A program made the position numbers and the translations under genes. Below the pieces are notes generated by a model. The model made no database searches. It saw only the letters and a list, made by a program, of their open reading frames with translations, and was not told where the DNA came from. Source: an uncultured Methanoregulaceae archaeon (GTDB lineage Archaea; Halobacteriota; Methanomicrobia; Methanomicrobiales; Methanospirillaceae). From it: 64,000 nucleotides of DNA. This document shows positions 30,661 through 41,699 of the stretch, piece by piece. The stretch is from NCBI GenBank assembly GCA_963737635.1, contig CAVTTL010000001.1:1216001-1280000 (forward strand), written 5' to 3'. How positions within the stretch are numbered: position 1 is the stretch's first letter; each line of letters opens with the position of its first letter.

Positions 30661-32188
30661 ATGAAACTTACCGTAAAAATTCTGGATATCGCAGCTCAGA
30701 CGCGGAATACTGCTCAACCGTCTCGATGCACGAAGTATCGGTGTACTGGATGGCGATCGGGTACAGATCATCAGCCCGAAAAATGGGGTTGCCGTCACCG
30801 CTGTTGTGGCTACGACTTCCACTCTTGAAGGGCAGGGAAGTGTCGGCGTTTTCCGGAGTACGAACCAGCGGCTGAACCTTGCCAACGGTGAGAGTGCTGA
30901 AATACGGGAGGCTGACCGGCCTGCCTCGCTCGATTTTATCAAAAAGAAGATGGATGGGGGGCGCCTTTCAAAAGACGAGACCCTGACGATTATAAAAGAC
31001 GTGGTCAATGATGACATCTCCCCTGCCGAACTTACTGCATTCATAACCGCATCGTATATCAATCCCCTCGACATGGATGAAGTGGAACATCTCACCCGGG
31101 CCATGGTCGAGACGGGAGAACAGATAAAATTTGCATCGCGCCCCATAGTCGACAAGCACTCCATCGGAGGAGTTCCGGGTAACAAGATCTCCCTTCTGGT
31201 AGTTCCCATTATTGCCGCAAGCGGCCTCAAAATCCCCAAGACCAGTTCGCGTGCCATCACCGGTGCCGGGGGAACTGCTGATCTCATGGAAGTCCTTGCC
31301 AATGTTGAATTCTCCGCACACGAAGTTCAGGAGATGACCGAGAACGTTGGAGGAACTATTGTCTGGGGCGGTGCCACCAATATCGCTCCGGCAGATGACC
31401 GTATCATCCTCCAGGAATACCCGTTCAAAATCGACGCCCGTGGCCAGATGCTTGCAAGTGTTATGGCTAAAAAGTTTGCTGTTGGTGCAAACCTGGTGGT
31501 CATTGATATCCCGGTGGGCAACCACACCAAGGTACCAACAGTGCAGGATGGCAGGAAACTCGCTCGCGAGTTCATCGAACTCGGCGAACGCCTCGGCATG
31601 AAAGTTGAATGTGCCCTGACCTACGGTGATATTCCGGTCGGCCATAGTATCGGTCCCAATCTTGAAGTCAAAGAAGCTCTCCGTGTGCTCGAAGGTGCAA
31701 CCGAGCCCAACTCGTTTATCCAGAAGAGCGTATCGCTCGCCGGGATCGCCCTTGAGATGTCCGGCAAAGCAGCCCGGGGGACCGGTGCTCAGATGGCACA
31801 GGAAATCCTTTCAAAGGGAAAAGCGCTCGAGAAATTCAGGCAGATCATCGAGATCCAAGGGGGCAATCCGAAGGTCAGATCGGAGGATATCATGCCCGGC
31901 GAACACCAGTTTGTGGTTAATGCACCAGCATCCGGCTATATCATTGAGATGAACAACGTGTCCCTGATCACCCTTGCGCGGATTGCAGGGGCTCCTCATG
32001 ACCGGGGGGCCGGCATCCTGCTTCACGCAAAAAAAGGAAAACTTATCAAGGCAGGTGAACCTCTTTTTACGATCTACGCCGACAGGGAGTGGCGGCTCCA
32101 GAAGGCAGTTGAAGAGGGGCGCCATCTCGTACCGGTGATAGTAGAAGGAATGCTCCTGGACCGGGTACCTTCCCTGTCTGAACTCTGA
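30661..32188 (+). CDS. AMP phosphorylase (thymidine phosphorylase family); apparent frameshift near 30695
   Basis: [11 protein letters not shown] then [10 protein letters not shown] in the next frame; [30 protein letters not shown]. Confidence 0.93.
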
Positions 32189-32247
32189 TGATGAGGAGAT
32201 ATCAAGAACCGATGGGATAAAATACGAGCAGGAGAGGATAATTTACT

Positions 32248-33636
32248 ATGTATCCATCTCGTTTTCGTTTCCTTTTTGCGCTGCTCTGCGTTCTCGCTTT
32301 CTGCAGCGCAGTACAGGCGACGAACCTGCTGATCACGGTGCAGGACAGTCTAGACAACACAACCATTTCCCACGCCACGGTTTACCTAGACGGGACCAAT
32401 GTCGGTCTGACTAACAACGCTGGTCAGTTCCTGCTCCAGTCGGGCCAAGGAGATCTCGACCTCATTATTACCATGGATGGTTATAATGACTGGACGGGAA
32501 CCGTGGGTGGAAATGTCACAAACCTTTCAGTAACATTGACCCGCAAAACCCTGTACCTGAATGTCTCTCTCTTTGATTCCAATACGCTCGAACCGGTATC
32601 CGGGGCGAACTTATTTTTAACATCTGAAAACTCCACCCAGGACGCTACTTCAGATACAACGGGTTCTGCAACATTCGGTGTAACCGCCTATACCTATTAT
32701 ACCCTCAATATCACGGCAGCAAACTACCAGCCCCGAAGCGCGACGATTGAGATCGCCGCAGAAAACCAGAATGTTCAGTACTGGCTGTTGTCTGAAAACC
32801 AGTATTCTTTTGTTGTCAAGGATCAGAACAGCTTTGCTCCGGTAGCCGGTGCAAGCATCAGCGTTAATTCGGTGCTCTTGGGAATGACCGATTCACGCGG
32901 TATCCTGATTGCGCCTATAACCCGGAACACTCCGGTTACAATTCAGATAACCAAGACGGGGTACCAAACAGAAAATCAGGTGCTCACTATCAGTACAAAT
33001 GAAGCAGTGGACTCTATTAGCCTCACTCCGGTTCCGGTCAGCGGCTCTATTTTAGTGTTCGATCAGCAGAACCAGCCCATCAGTGGTGCCGATGTCTCTC
33101 TTAACGGCACGGTCGTGGCTACCACAACGCAATATGGCCGTGCTATGCTCCAGAACCTCATTCCCGGCGACTATGCCATCGTGGTGAGCAAGACCGGTTA
33201 CACACCGGTAAGCGAGCAGATCGATATCGTTAATGAGTCCAGTGAATTCCCGCTGGTTCTCTCACTGGCTTCGGTGGAACAGACCCTCTTTGTTCAGGAT
33301 TCCGATCAGAAAAACATTGCCGGAGCCACCGTTCTTCTAAACGGTGCTGTTGCAGGAACCACCGATCCTCATGGCGAGCTGGACACTCAACTCACCTATA
33401 ACACATCCTATAATATCACGGTGACCCAGGATGGATACCTGCCCCAGATGGTCCAGCAGGAAGTTCCTGTCGGGAATACCACGAGTCCTCTTACCATCAC
33501 ACTTCAAAAGAATACAGACTGGGGATTTGTGACTCTTGTCGGAGTCGGTATCCTGATCGTGCTCTTCATATATGCAGTCATCCGGCTGGCAGGGCGCAGG
33601 AACCGGCATCATGTAGTAAAGCGAAACGAAATCTGA
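32248..33636 (+). CDS. Secreted, membrane-anchored protein with about five carboxypeptidase-regulatory/PEGA-like beta-sandwich repeats
   Basis: Signal peptide; repeated V.D....PI.GA.V..NG...G.TD..G......K.GY units; C-terminal TM plus basic tail. Confidence 0.82.
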   Translation: MYPSRFRFLFALLCVLAFCSAVQATNLLITVQDSLDNTTISHATVYLDGTNVGLTNNAGQFLLQSGQGDLDLIITMDGYNDWTGTVGGNVTNLSVTLTRKTLYLNVSLFDSNTLEPVSGANLFLTSENSTQDATSDTTGSATFGVTAYTYYTLNITAANYQPRSATIEIAAENQNVQYWLLSENQYSFVVKDQNSFAPVAGASISVNSVLLGMTDSRGILIAPITRNTPVTIQITKTGYQTENQVLTISTNEAVDSISLTPVPVSGSILVFDQQNQPISGADVSLNGTVVATTTQYGRAMLQNLIPGDYAIVVSKTGYTPVSEQIDIVNESSEFPLVLSLASVEQTLFVQDSDQKNIAGATVLLNGAVAGTTDPHGELDTQLTYNTSYNITVTQDGYLPQMVQQEVPVGNTTSPLTITLQKNTDWGFVTLVGVGILIVLFIYAVIRLAGRRNRHHVVKRNEI

Positions 33637-33754
33637 CGGATACGCGATACAAATCTTATTTTTTTCTAGAAAAGAGCATGGGTCACCGGTACAACAATGC
33701 ACGCGTCCCGAAATAGGATATTTCCCCGGACACGGTAACCGGTTCTACCAAAAA

Positions 33755-33826
33755 CGGACCCAGCGGGAATCGAACCCGCGTCCTTGGGTTCGAAGCCCAA
33801 GAGGATGTCCTCTACCCCATGGATCC
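33755..33826 (-). tRNA. tRNA-Arg(TCG)
   Basis: GGATCCA/TGGGTCC acceptor; TTGGG CT TCG AA CCCAA. Confidence 0.95.
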
Positions 33827-33882
33827 TTCCCAACCTATTTCCATCAAAAGATATTAAGCATTCTCTACCGATAGAGTACTGA

Positions 33883-34325
33883 ATGATACTGTCTGCCCAG
33901 GAGATTACCCGCCGGCTTTGCAGCAAAAAAGCACAGGAAACGTTAAAAATCGATCCCTATGCACCGGAATGTCAGCAGCCAGCATCCTATGATCTTCGTG
34001 CTGCCGAAGATGGCCTTCTTGCCCGGGGCATGTGTACGCTCGTACCGAGTATGGAATGGGTCGAGCTCCCCCGGATGTTGCCGGCACACTTCGCTGCCGG
34101 TCTTCGTTTGGCCGGAGAGGGGTATTAATGGGTGCGGGTTTTATTGACCCGGGATTCCGGGGCCAGCTGACTCTCTGCCTGACAAATATGGGACCACATG
34201 ATATCGAGCTCCACCGGTCTGAACGTCTAGTACAAATGATCCTGCACGAAGTAAAGAACGGAAATGAACGATATAACGGGAGATATCAGGACAGCACCGG
34301 GGCGGTAGGGGCAAAAGAGTCATGA
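33883..34325 (+). CDS. dcd: dCTP deaminase/dUTPase family; apparent frameshift in C-run near 34070
   Basis: MILS, QPASYDLR; then RSSFGRRG, GFIDPGFRGQLTL, YNGRYQ. Confidence 0.87.
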
Positions 34326-35275
34326 TACGTACGGAACGAAAGTATATCGAGATCCTGCGCATCTTAAAGGAGCACCGTGATCCAGTCGGTGCGAAGCGGC
34401 TTTCGGAACTGATGGCAGAACGCGGTTTTGTTCTGAGCGACCGGGCAGTTCAGTATTATCTCAGTTACTTGGACTCGATGGGTTTTACCGAGAAGATAGG
34501 GAATCAGGGCCGGATCCTGACACCCGCCGGTGTCCTCGAGACTGATAATGCCCTTGTTGATGACCGGATCGGATTTATTATCTCCAAACTTGAACGCCTT
34601 GCGTACCGGAGTACGTTTGATCCCGTAACCGGGACGGGAGATGTGGCGTACAATCTTTCCTTTATCCGTAAGGAAGATCTCGACCGTGCACTCCCGGCAT
34701 TTGATGAAGTTATCCGGGCCGGGTGCGGGTTCTTTAACGCTTACAGAATTCTCGATCAGGATCCCCGGGTGCCTCAGAATTGTGTCGGAGTAGTCACCCT
34801 GTGTAGTATCACCATGGACGGCGTTTTCCAGAGGAATGGTATTCCCGTGAGGATGGCGTATGGTGGGAGGCTGGAGATCGAGAATAACATACCCCGGCGA
34901 TTCCACGACCTGATAGGATACCGTGGAACGACTATCGATCCTCTCGAACTTTTCATCTCATCGGGCCTGACCTCGATCCACGACTTTGCCAGAACCAAGA
35001 CCGGTATCGCTCTTGCAAACGTCCGCGAAGTCCCCGATTCTGCACGCAGTGAGGTGGAAGAAACGATCCGGAAGATGAACGATTGTGGTTTTGTCTATCC
35101 GGTTACGATGGGTAACCAGGTATTCAACCTACCGGACAATCCCTATCGTCTCTCAATTGTCGCGTACAGCGGGCTCAACCATATCGGAAACTGTGTTGAA
35201 CAGGGCATTTCTATCCGGACTGAGATCGGAGCCGGGAACATTCCCTTCTCAAAAGTGGCAGAGAGCAATCGCTGA
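34322..35275 (+). CDS. NrpR-family regulator (wHTH plus single DUF128 domain, NrpRII-like)
   Basis: EILRIL..PVGAKRLS, DRAVQYYL, GRILT, TLCSITMDG, YRGTTIDPLELF, ANVRE. Confidence 0.88.
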   Translation: MIRTERKYIEILRILKEHRDPVGAKRLSELMAERGFVLSDRAVQYYLSYLDSMGFTEKIGNQGRILTPAGVLETDNALVDDRIGFIISKLERLAYRSTFDPVTGTGDVAYNLSFIRKEDLDRALPAFDEVIRAGCGFFNAYRILDQDPRVPQNCVGVVTLCSITMDGVFQRNGIPVRMAYGGRLEIENNIPRRFHDLIGYRGTTIDPLELFISSGLTSIHDFARTKTGIALANVREVPDSARSEVEETIRKMNDCGFVYPVTMGNQVFNLPDNPYRLSIVAYSGLNHIGNCVEQGISIRTEIGAGNIPFSKVAESNR

Positions 35276-35282
35276 TTTAGAA

Positions 35283-37574
35283 CTATTCATCGTCCTGTAT
35301 CGACATTTTTCCGCTTCTCTTCTTAGAAAGCGGGGAGACATTCCTCTGCTCTTCGGAAGCGTCCTCTTCTTCTGAGTCGGTCTTGGCTTTTTTTGTTCTG
35401 ATCTCCGTATGAAGAAGTGCCCCGTCTTTTACCCGCAGGGGCTCTTTAAGCGAGACAGATTTTCCCAGGAATATATCATCACGTGCCGGCTGGAGACGAT
35501 TCCTGATACCGAGTTTCACCTCTTCTTGAGACGGGGTTATTGAGGATCTTTTCAGTTCTATGGCAGGTTCAAGTTCTTCCTGGCGCGAAGGGCCTTTAGG
35601 AGTGGCGGACTCCTGGTACACAAATTCCCTACCGGTCCCTGTCTCTTTTTTCCTTTGCCGGATAATTGTTTTCTCGGTCTTTGCTGGCGCCGGTTCGGAA
35701 GGAGAGGTCGGCCTCTGAACTGGTGTCCTTGAAGTAACTCTTGCAATAATAGTTTTTGTTTCCGGCTGTTTGGCGATCCGGGACTGCACCGGGAATGCCT
35801 GAGTATTCCTGTCGTAAGAAATCGCGGATTTTATGATTTCCTTGCGTTCCTGCAGATCCCGCTCAATTGCCAGGTGATCCGGGTTTCTTTCTTTTACATA
35901 GACGTGTTTCAGTGGAAGGTTTCCTTCATAGCCCGATTCGAGCGATCTCCTCGCCGGTCGCCGTATTTCCTGTCCGGACGGCACGATACTCTGCTCTTTC
36001 GTTTGCCGGGGATAGACATCCTCCTCACGCTTTTCCGGAGACGCGATCAGCGGCTCTCTTTGTGAGATAACCTGTCTGCCGAGGAATTTGTGTTCCTCAG
36101 GACGGGAATGGATCTTTGTCGCCGAACTCCTCGTTTCTTCGAGAATGCGTGGCCGCACAACATCCTTGCGCGAATCGTCAGGTTCCATGGAATGGGTTGC
36201 CCGGATCGATGCCGGGAGAATATCCGGGTACTGGTCGGCCTCATAATCAGAGGAATGGAGCGAACTTCTCTTTTTGGGATTCTTCTCTGGGATATTGATC
36301 ATAACATCCCTGAGCTTTGTTCCGCTTGGAGCCGCCTTATTCTCAGGTTCACCGGAGTTTCGGATTTGTCCCTCTGGCTGGAGATTGAGTGACGATAAGG
36401 ATTCCCGAGGGACACCACCCCGGCTCTGATCCCGGATCTCCCGGATCTCGGTGATCCTAGGGATGTTTTCAAGTCCGCTCAAGACCACGATAATTGCCAC
36501 GTTTTCCGAGTTGGTGACCGGATAATCCCCGGATCTCATCTCCATACCTGCTATACTGCGGTCGATCCATTTACGGACCGTCATGAACCCTTTCATCGAT
36601 ATCTCGTGAGAAGGACCAGCCACGAGAATCAACGCCTTTGCGGCGCTGGTCATATCGCAGGGAATTGAGACCTCCTGGTAGATGGCTTTTTTTGCAAGAT
36701 CGATAATCCGTTCTGCACTCTTCCTCTGTTCCGCGGAAGTATCTGGCGTGTGTAATCGCGAGAGAAATGCGAGTGGGCTCTGGGACAGGTGCTCCACGGC
36801 ATACCCGATTGAGATAAAACCCATCCCATTAATGGTGTTAAGCACTTCGCTTGAATCCATCACGACTTCAGCGAGATCGATGCCTCCATCTGCCCGGAAC
36901 TCCCCGGCCCGCAGGATGAGGCTTATCCTCCGGATTATGCTCTGGTTCAGGAGTTTATAGGTGATCTCCTGGGCAGAGGGTTTTGGCTTGTTCCTTCCCA
37001 GTCCAAAGAGTCCGGGCCCCTTAGAGAGATCTTCGAGCAGCTGATCACGCCGGGCCGCGATCTTTTTTAACCAGGTCTCGTTATCAAACAGGATTGTCCC
37101 GTCGAGCAGGGGAGTGATGTTATCGACATCGTCTGCTGCTTTCGCCGACCTCCTTTCTCCCTCAGAAAGGGCAGGCAAGGTAACCAGGCCAAATATCGGC
37201 TCGGTCGTTGAAGCCTTCAGAGCGTATATAAGCTGCGGCACCGCATCCGTCATTCTGCCGCCCATACCTAAACAGAGCAGGATCGCGTCGGTTTCACATC
37301 TCTCCATATTTTGGATGCGTGACATAATCCCTGCCGTATCAATGGTTACGGGCCGGGAAGAGCCGGACCCCTGGCGAGAAATATCTGGTTCAAATTCGGT
37401 AAAATCGATCTTAGCCCGTTCGGGGAGCACTCGCAGCTGTGCCAGTGCATCGCTATCAATATCGACAGCGAGCGCCTGAACACAGGTGACCTTACTGCTT
37501 TTCCTGTCATTGGCATAAAGGGCCTCCGCTATCCGGCAGCCGGCGCCTCCCATGCCAATTGCAAGTACTCTCAT
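35283..37574 (-). CDS. Tubulin/FtsZ-family (CetZ-like) protein with degenerate signature and ~380-aa low-complexity C-terminal tail
   Basis: IGMGGAGCRIAE, LPALSEG, LFDNETW, EVVMDSSEVLNT, SIGYA, RSGDYP, VVLSG. Confidence 0.85.
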   Translation of the reverse strand: MRVLAIGMGGAGCRIAEALYANDRKSSKVTCVQALAVDIDSDALAQLRVLPERAKIDFTEFEPDISRQGSGSSRPVTIDTAGIMSRIQNMERCETDAILLCLGMGGRMTDAVPQLIYALKASTTEPIFGLVTLPALSEGERRSAKAADDVDNITPLLDGTILFDNETWLKKIAARRDQLLEDLSKGPGLFGLGRNKPKPSAQEITYKLLNQSIIRRISLILRAGEFRADGGIDLAEVVMDSSEVLNTINGMGFISIGYAVEHLSQSPLAFLSRLHTPDTSAEQRKSAERIIDLAKKAIYQEVSIPCDMTSAAKALILVAGPSHEISMKGFMTVRKWIDRSIAGMEMRSGDYPVTNSENVAIIVVLSGLENIPRITEIREIRDQSRGGVPRESLSSLNLQPEGQIRNSGEPENKAAPSGTKLRDVMINIPEKNPKKRSSLHSSDYEADQYPDILPASIRATHSMEPDDSRKDVVRPRILEETRSSATKIHSRPEEHKFLGRQVISQREPLIASPEKREEDVYPRQTKEQSIVPSGQEIRRPARRSLESGYEGNLPLKHVYVKERNPDHLAIERDLQERKEIIKSAISYDRNTQAFPVQSRIAKQPETKTIIARVTSRTPVQRPTSPSEPAPAKTEKTIIRQRKKETGTGREFVYQESATPKGPSRQEELEPAIELKRSSITPSQEEVKLGIRNRLQPARDDIFLGKSVSLKEPLRVKDGALLHTEIRTKKAKTDSEEEDASEEQRNVSPLSKKRSGKMSIQDDE

Positions 37575-37929
37575 GATCTCTCTTCAGGGAACCGGATAGG
37601 TACCCTTTAAACAACTGATTAATTATTCTCTCCTGAAGTTCAATATCTTATAGGATATACCATTTAAAAATGTGTACCGGTGATTTCCGGTCAGATCTCC
37701 GCTGATAACGAGCTAGGCTTCCCCGGCAGTTGGGCTGGCAAAGCCGTAATCGCGGTTTGAATATCGCCATCATCCTGCGTTTTTCCCGGATTGGTCCCCC
37801 ATTTCCGGACCATAATTCTGAAATGTCCTGTATCGGGCGCGAATCCGTGTCGCATATCCCCCGGGCCCAGCGTTAAATGATAATTTATTTAAATGGGCGG
37901 ACGGTAATACTCCATGAGGTGAACAAGCC

Positions 37930-38916
37930 TTGACATATGGAATTGAATTTGTACCCGGGAATGTCAATGTAAAGCAGGTTGTAAACTTCTGCAGACTTGC
38001 TGAATCCAAGGATATTGACTATGCATGGATAACCAACCACTATAACAACCGCCACTGCTATGCAGTCCTCGCGGCAGTAGCACAGGCGACCACCACCCTG
38101 AAGATGGGCCCGGGCATCATGAACTCGTTTACTGACACCCCGGCTGCAATGGCCTCGTTTATGTGCACTCTCAACGAAATCTCCGATGGACGTGCGGTGC
38201 TGGGTATCGGACCCGGTGACCTTTCTACCCTTCCGAAGATTGCAATCCAGCCCGAGAAACCCGTTGCCCGGCTCGAAGAAGCAATCACGCAGATCCGTAA
38301 GCTCTGTGCCGGAGAAGAAATTAAAAAGTCTGGCATGAAGTTCTTTGATTACGACGGTGCGAAGCTGACTGGTGTCACGCTCCCCGGCAAGAAGAGTATT
38401 CCGGTGTACGTTGGTGCACAGGGTCCCAAGGTTCTTGAACTCGCCGGAAAAGTCGGTGATGGTGCCCTCATTAATGCATCCAACCCCAAGGACTTCCAGG
38501 TTGCCATTCCGATCATCAAGAAGGCGTGTGATGCAGCCGGAAAGAAGAGCTTCGACATCGGTGCATATACCGCCATGTCCATTGACAAGAGTGAAAAGAA
38601 GGCACGCAATGCAGCAAAGATCGTCGCCGCCTTCATTGCAGCAGGTTCTCCGCCGGAACTCCTGACCCGCCACGGTCTTGACCTCAACAATGTCGCCAAG
38701 ATCAAGGCAGCACTCGGCAAGTTCGACTTCAAAACGGTTGGAGAGCTTGTGGGAGACAAGGAGATCGATGCGTTCACCATTGCAGGTACTCCTGAAATGG
38801 TCAAGGCAAAGTGCGACGACCTTACAAAGGCCGGCGTTACCCAGATCATCTTTGGTTCACCACTCGGTCCCGACATGACTACATCTATCCGCCTCCTCGG
38901 CAAGTATATCGTTTGA
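37930..38916 (+). CDS. mer: F420-dependent methylene-H4MPT reductase
   Basis: YGIEFVP, WITNHYNNR, LGIGPGD, GAQGPK, INASNP, GSPLGP; TTG start after GAGGTG RBS. Confidence 0.97.
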   Translation: MTYGIEFVPGNVNVKQVVNFCRLAESKDIDYAWITNHYNNRHCYAVLAAVAQATTTLKMGPGIMNSFTDTPAAMASFMCTLNEISDGRAVLGIGPGDLSTLPKIAIQPEKPVARLEEAITQIRKLCAGEEIKKSGMKFFDYDGAKLTGVTLPGKKSIPVYVGAQGPKVLELAGKVGDGALINASNPKDFQVAIPIIKKACDAAGKKSFDIGAYTAMSIDKSEKKARNAAKIVAAFIAAGSPPELLTRHGLDLNNVAKIKAALGKFDFKTVGELVGDKEIDAFTIAGTPEMVKAKCDDLTKAGVTQIIFGSPLGPDMTTSIRLLGKYIV

Positions 38917-39118
38917 GCAGATCGCGATTCTGCCGCAAAATACCCGCCGAAACAAGCCCCAAATGGGGCCTGTTGGCAGATAGTAAATCTTTTTTTTCCC
39001 CTTTTCCTTTCGATGGTGTTCCCTGTCAGACCGGTTGTTTTATAGTATCTCGTCCCGATAGAACGTGGCGTGCAAATGTCTATGTGGTCCCCGGAAGCAC
39101 TCTATTCAGGAGAGGGAC

Positions 39119-40045
39119 ATGTTTACCGTAACTGACGTTGCCACCGGACAGGGAACATTACAGTACCGTGAAGAAAACCTGACCGGGCTAAGATGTAGGA
39201 TCAGTCCCGAAAGGCTCAAGCGACGCATCGATCAGCCTCTTTCCCTTTCCGGAGAATCTGCCGGCTGTCCGTTCTGCCCGGAAAATGTCTTTTCCGTTAC
39301 CCCGACCTTTCCGGATGGATCCCGCATTGTACGTGGGGAAAGTGTGACGTTTCCCAACATGTTCCCGTTTGCTGCATGGCACACAGTGACGGTGATCACG
39401 AGAGATCATATAGTGTCTTCCTTTACCCGGCAGCAAATTGCTGATGCTCTCCATGCACAGACCGAATCACTCCTTCGGTATAACGGGTATCCCAGCATCA
39501 ACTGGAATTACCTGCCTTCCGCAGGGGCAAGTATTATCCATCCCCATATGCAGGGAGTTGCCGATCCGCGGCCCTCATGGTTGGCGGAGCGGTACCTCGC
39601 AGCCAGTAAAGAGTTTTCTGGAGGGACCAAAAGACGGTACTGGGATGCCGTGCGGGAGCAGGAAAGGTCATCGGACCGGTATCTCTTTGGTGATGAGATT
39701 CTCTGGTCTGCCCACGCGGTACCACTCGGCGAACGCGAGGTGCGAGGGATCCTGCCGGTCAGCCGGCTGGATGAGCTGGAAAACTATATTGAACCTCTTG
39801 CAGAAGGAATTCTTGAAATACTTGCACTCTACCAGAAACTGGGAACATATGCATTCAATATGGCCATCTTCTTTAGCAGGGAAAAAACAGACGATTTCTC
39901 TGCATTCTGCTCTCTGATCTCCCGGATCAACCCAAACCCCCTGTCAACGAGCGATTCGGCATTCATGGAACGTCTCCATAACGAACCTGTGATCCTGACC
40001 CTGCCCGAAGATCTCGGGCGGTACTACCGGAATGAAGGCCGGTGA
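39119..40045 (+). CDS. GalT-like (HIT superfamily) nucleotidyltransferase
   Basis: CPFCP, FPNMFP, NYLPSAGASIIHPHMQ. Confidence 0.85.
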   Translation: MFTVTDVATGQGTLQYREENLTGLRCRISPERLKRRIDQPLSLSGESAGCPFCPENVFSVTPTFPDGSRIVRGESVTFPNMFPFAAWHTVTVITRDHIVSSFTRQQIADALHAQTESLLRYNGYPSINWNYLPSAGASIIHPHMQGVADPRPSWLAERYLAASKEFSGGTKRRYWDAVREQERSSDRYLFGDEILWSAHAVPLGEREVRGILPVSRLDELENYIEPLAEGILEILALYQKLGTYAFNMAIFFSREKTDDFSAFCSLISRINPNPLSTSDSAFMERLHNEPVILTLPEDLGRYYRNEGR

Positions 40046-40099
40046 CCTCGTCGAAGAGTACGAAACGTAGCAAAAAAAAAGAAAAAAAAGTGAAAAAAT

Positions 40100-40942
40100 T
40101 TACTCGAATTTTGCAACGAGTTTGGTCTTGCGGACGAGCGTGCCATCCTTCTTGTGGGGCTGGCGCAGGATGCTGTCGCCTGCTTTCTCAAGCTCGCGGG
40201 CCTCGTCGCAGAGGACTGCTGCGGTTCTCATCATTTCGTGAGCGCTTGCAACGATTGGGATGTATTTCTCCCATTCCTTGGTCATGAAGCAGCCCTTGAC
40301 GTTCTGGCCTGCAACAGCAATGGCAATCTCGTGGGCAGCGCGTGCCTTTGCCAGCGCGAAGGGGTTGGTGAACTCGCCGTCGACCGCCTTATCGGTGGTC
40401 ATGATGATCTTCGGGAGCTCGATTTCAGTGCCCTTTTTGCCGGCTTTGACTTGGTCGATGACCTTGTCGAGAGCGATTTGGAGTTTGCGGAATGCACCGG
40501 TGATTGCCAGAACTTTGACGAGATTACCGTTGTAGTCGGCCATCTCGATGGGGTCGAGGAATTCGCGGCGTGCACCGATCATGGAGTCGGCCTTCATGAT
40601 GATATAGCCGAACTTGGTGTCAGCCTTGACGCCTTCCCATTCCTTCTTCGTGGTTACATCATCAGTGATGATGACCGTCGGGATACCTGCTGCAGCGAGC
40701 TGTTCGCGGGCGCCGGTCGGGCCGGGGAGAACACCGTTGGGGGAGACTACAATACAGAAGTCCGGTTTGTATGCCTTCAGGTTGGAAACGACACGGTCAA
40801 CATCTGCCGGCTCGAGTTTTGTACCACTGGTCGCCATGAATGTCTGCATGTCTTCACGGTCTGCTCTCTCGTCAAGAAGCAGCTCTGCCATTACACCACT
40901 TGCAATATTGCCTAACTTGGCAACTCCTACTTTAACAACCAT
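40100..40942 (-). CDS. mtd: F420-dependent methylene-H4MPT dehydrogenase
   Basis: [39 protein letters not shown]. Confidence 0.97.
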   Translation of the reverse strand: MVVKVGVAKLGNIASGVMAELLLDERADREDMQTFMATSGTKLEPADVDRVVSNLKAYKPDFCIVVSPNGVLPGPTGAREQLAAAGIPTVIITDDVTTKKEWEGVKADTKFGYIIMKADSMIGARREFLDPIEMADYNGNLVKVLAITGAFRKLQIALDKVIDQVKAGKKGTEIELPKIIMTTDKAVDGEFTNPFALAKARAAHEIAIAVAGQNVKGCFMTKEWEKYIPIVASAHEMMRTAAVLCDEARELEKAGDSILRQPHKKDGTLVRKTKLVAKFE

Positions 40943-41171
40943 TGAAATTCACCTCTATTTGTTTTATAACACGATATTATGACCTAGTGTTCTTATAAAG
41001 ATTTTGAAATCAATTTTCACGCCGGATGCGCGGTTCTTTTCATGGTTTACGTCCGAACCTGTGACTTATGCGGTAAAAAAATATGTTCCGGAGGATATTG
41101 AAAATCTGCAGCATGTGTATCTTTGCGGATGACGCGATGTTAACGAAAAGTGTTTAAGTTCCCGGAATGGA

Positions 41172-41585
41172 ATGGATAGTATGAAAGATGGTCTTCTCAC
41201 CGACAGGCAGATGGAGGTACTTCGGTACCGGAAACAGGGAATGACCCAGCAGCAGATCGCAGACATCATCAGCACGTCCAAGGCGAATGTCTGTACGATT
41301 GAAAAATCTGCGATGGAAAATATCCGGCGGGCAAAAGAGACGCTTGAATTTTTGTATACCCTTGATGCTACACATCTTTGCACCATTCCTTCAGGAACAG
41401 ACCTGTTCGAAGTGCCGGGTATGATCTTTGCCGAAGCTGAAAAAGCCAAGATCAAGGTAAAATATGATACGATATCCCTTATTAACCGGCTCCGGGAAGC
41501 GCGACCCCAAGCGTACAAGGCCCGGTGCATCTGTGAAGATGTGCAGATCTATATCACAGATGAAGGGGAGATCTATTTCGGATAA
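41172..41585 (+). CDS. tfx: Tfx-family DNA-binding protein
   Basis: LTDRQMEVLRYRKQGMTQQQIADIISTSKANVCTIEKSAMENIRRAKETL. Confidence 0.88.
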   Translation: MDSMKDGLLTDRQMEVLRYRKQGMTQQQIADIISTSKANVCTIEKSAMENIRRAKETLEFLYTLDATHLCTIPSGTDLFEVPGMIFAEAEKAKIKVKYDTISLINRLREARPQAYKARCICEDVQIYITDEGEIYFG

Positions 41586-41661
41586 ATGCGCTATGCCGTT
41601 CGTTATTCCTGAACGACCCGGATGTTAAGGGACCGTAAGGAATACCGTGCCACGGAACACT

Positions 41662-41679
41662 GGCATAAATATATATGCC
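41662..41679 (+). promoter_or_regulatory. TATA-box candidate for the r-protein operon, embedded in inverted repeat GGCATA-N6-TATGCC
   Basis: TAAATATATA is the strongest TATA-like element between tfx and rpl3. Confidence 0.55.
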
Positions 41680-41699
41680 CTTTTAATCAATAGTTACGG

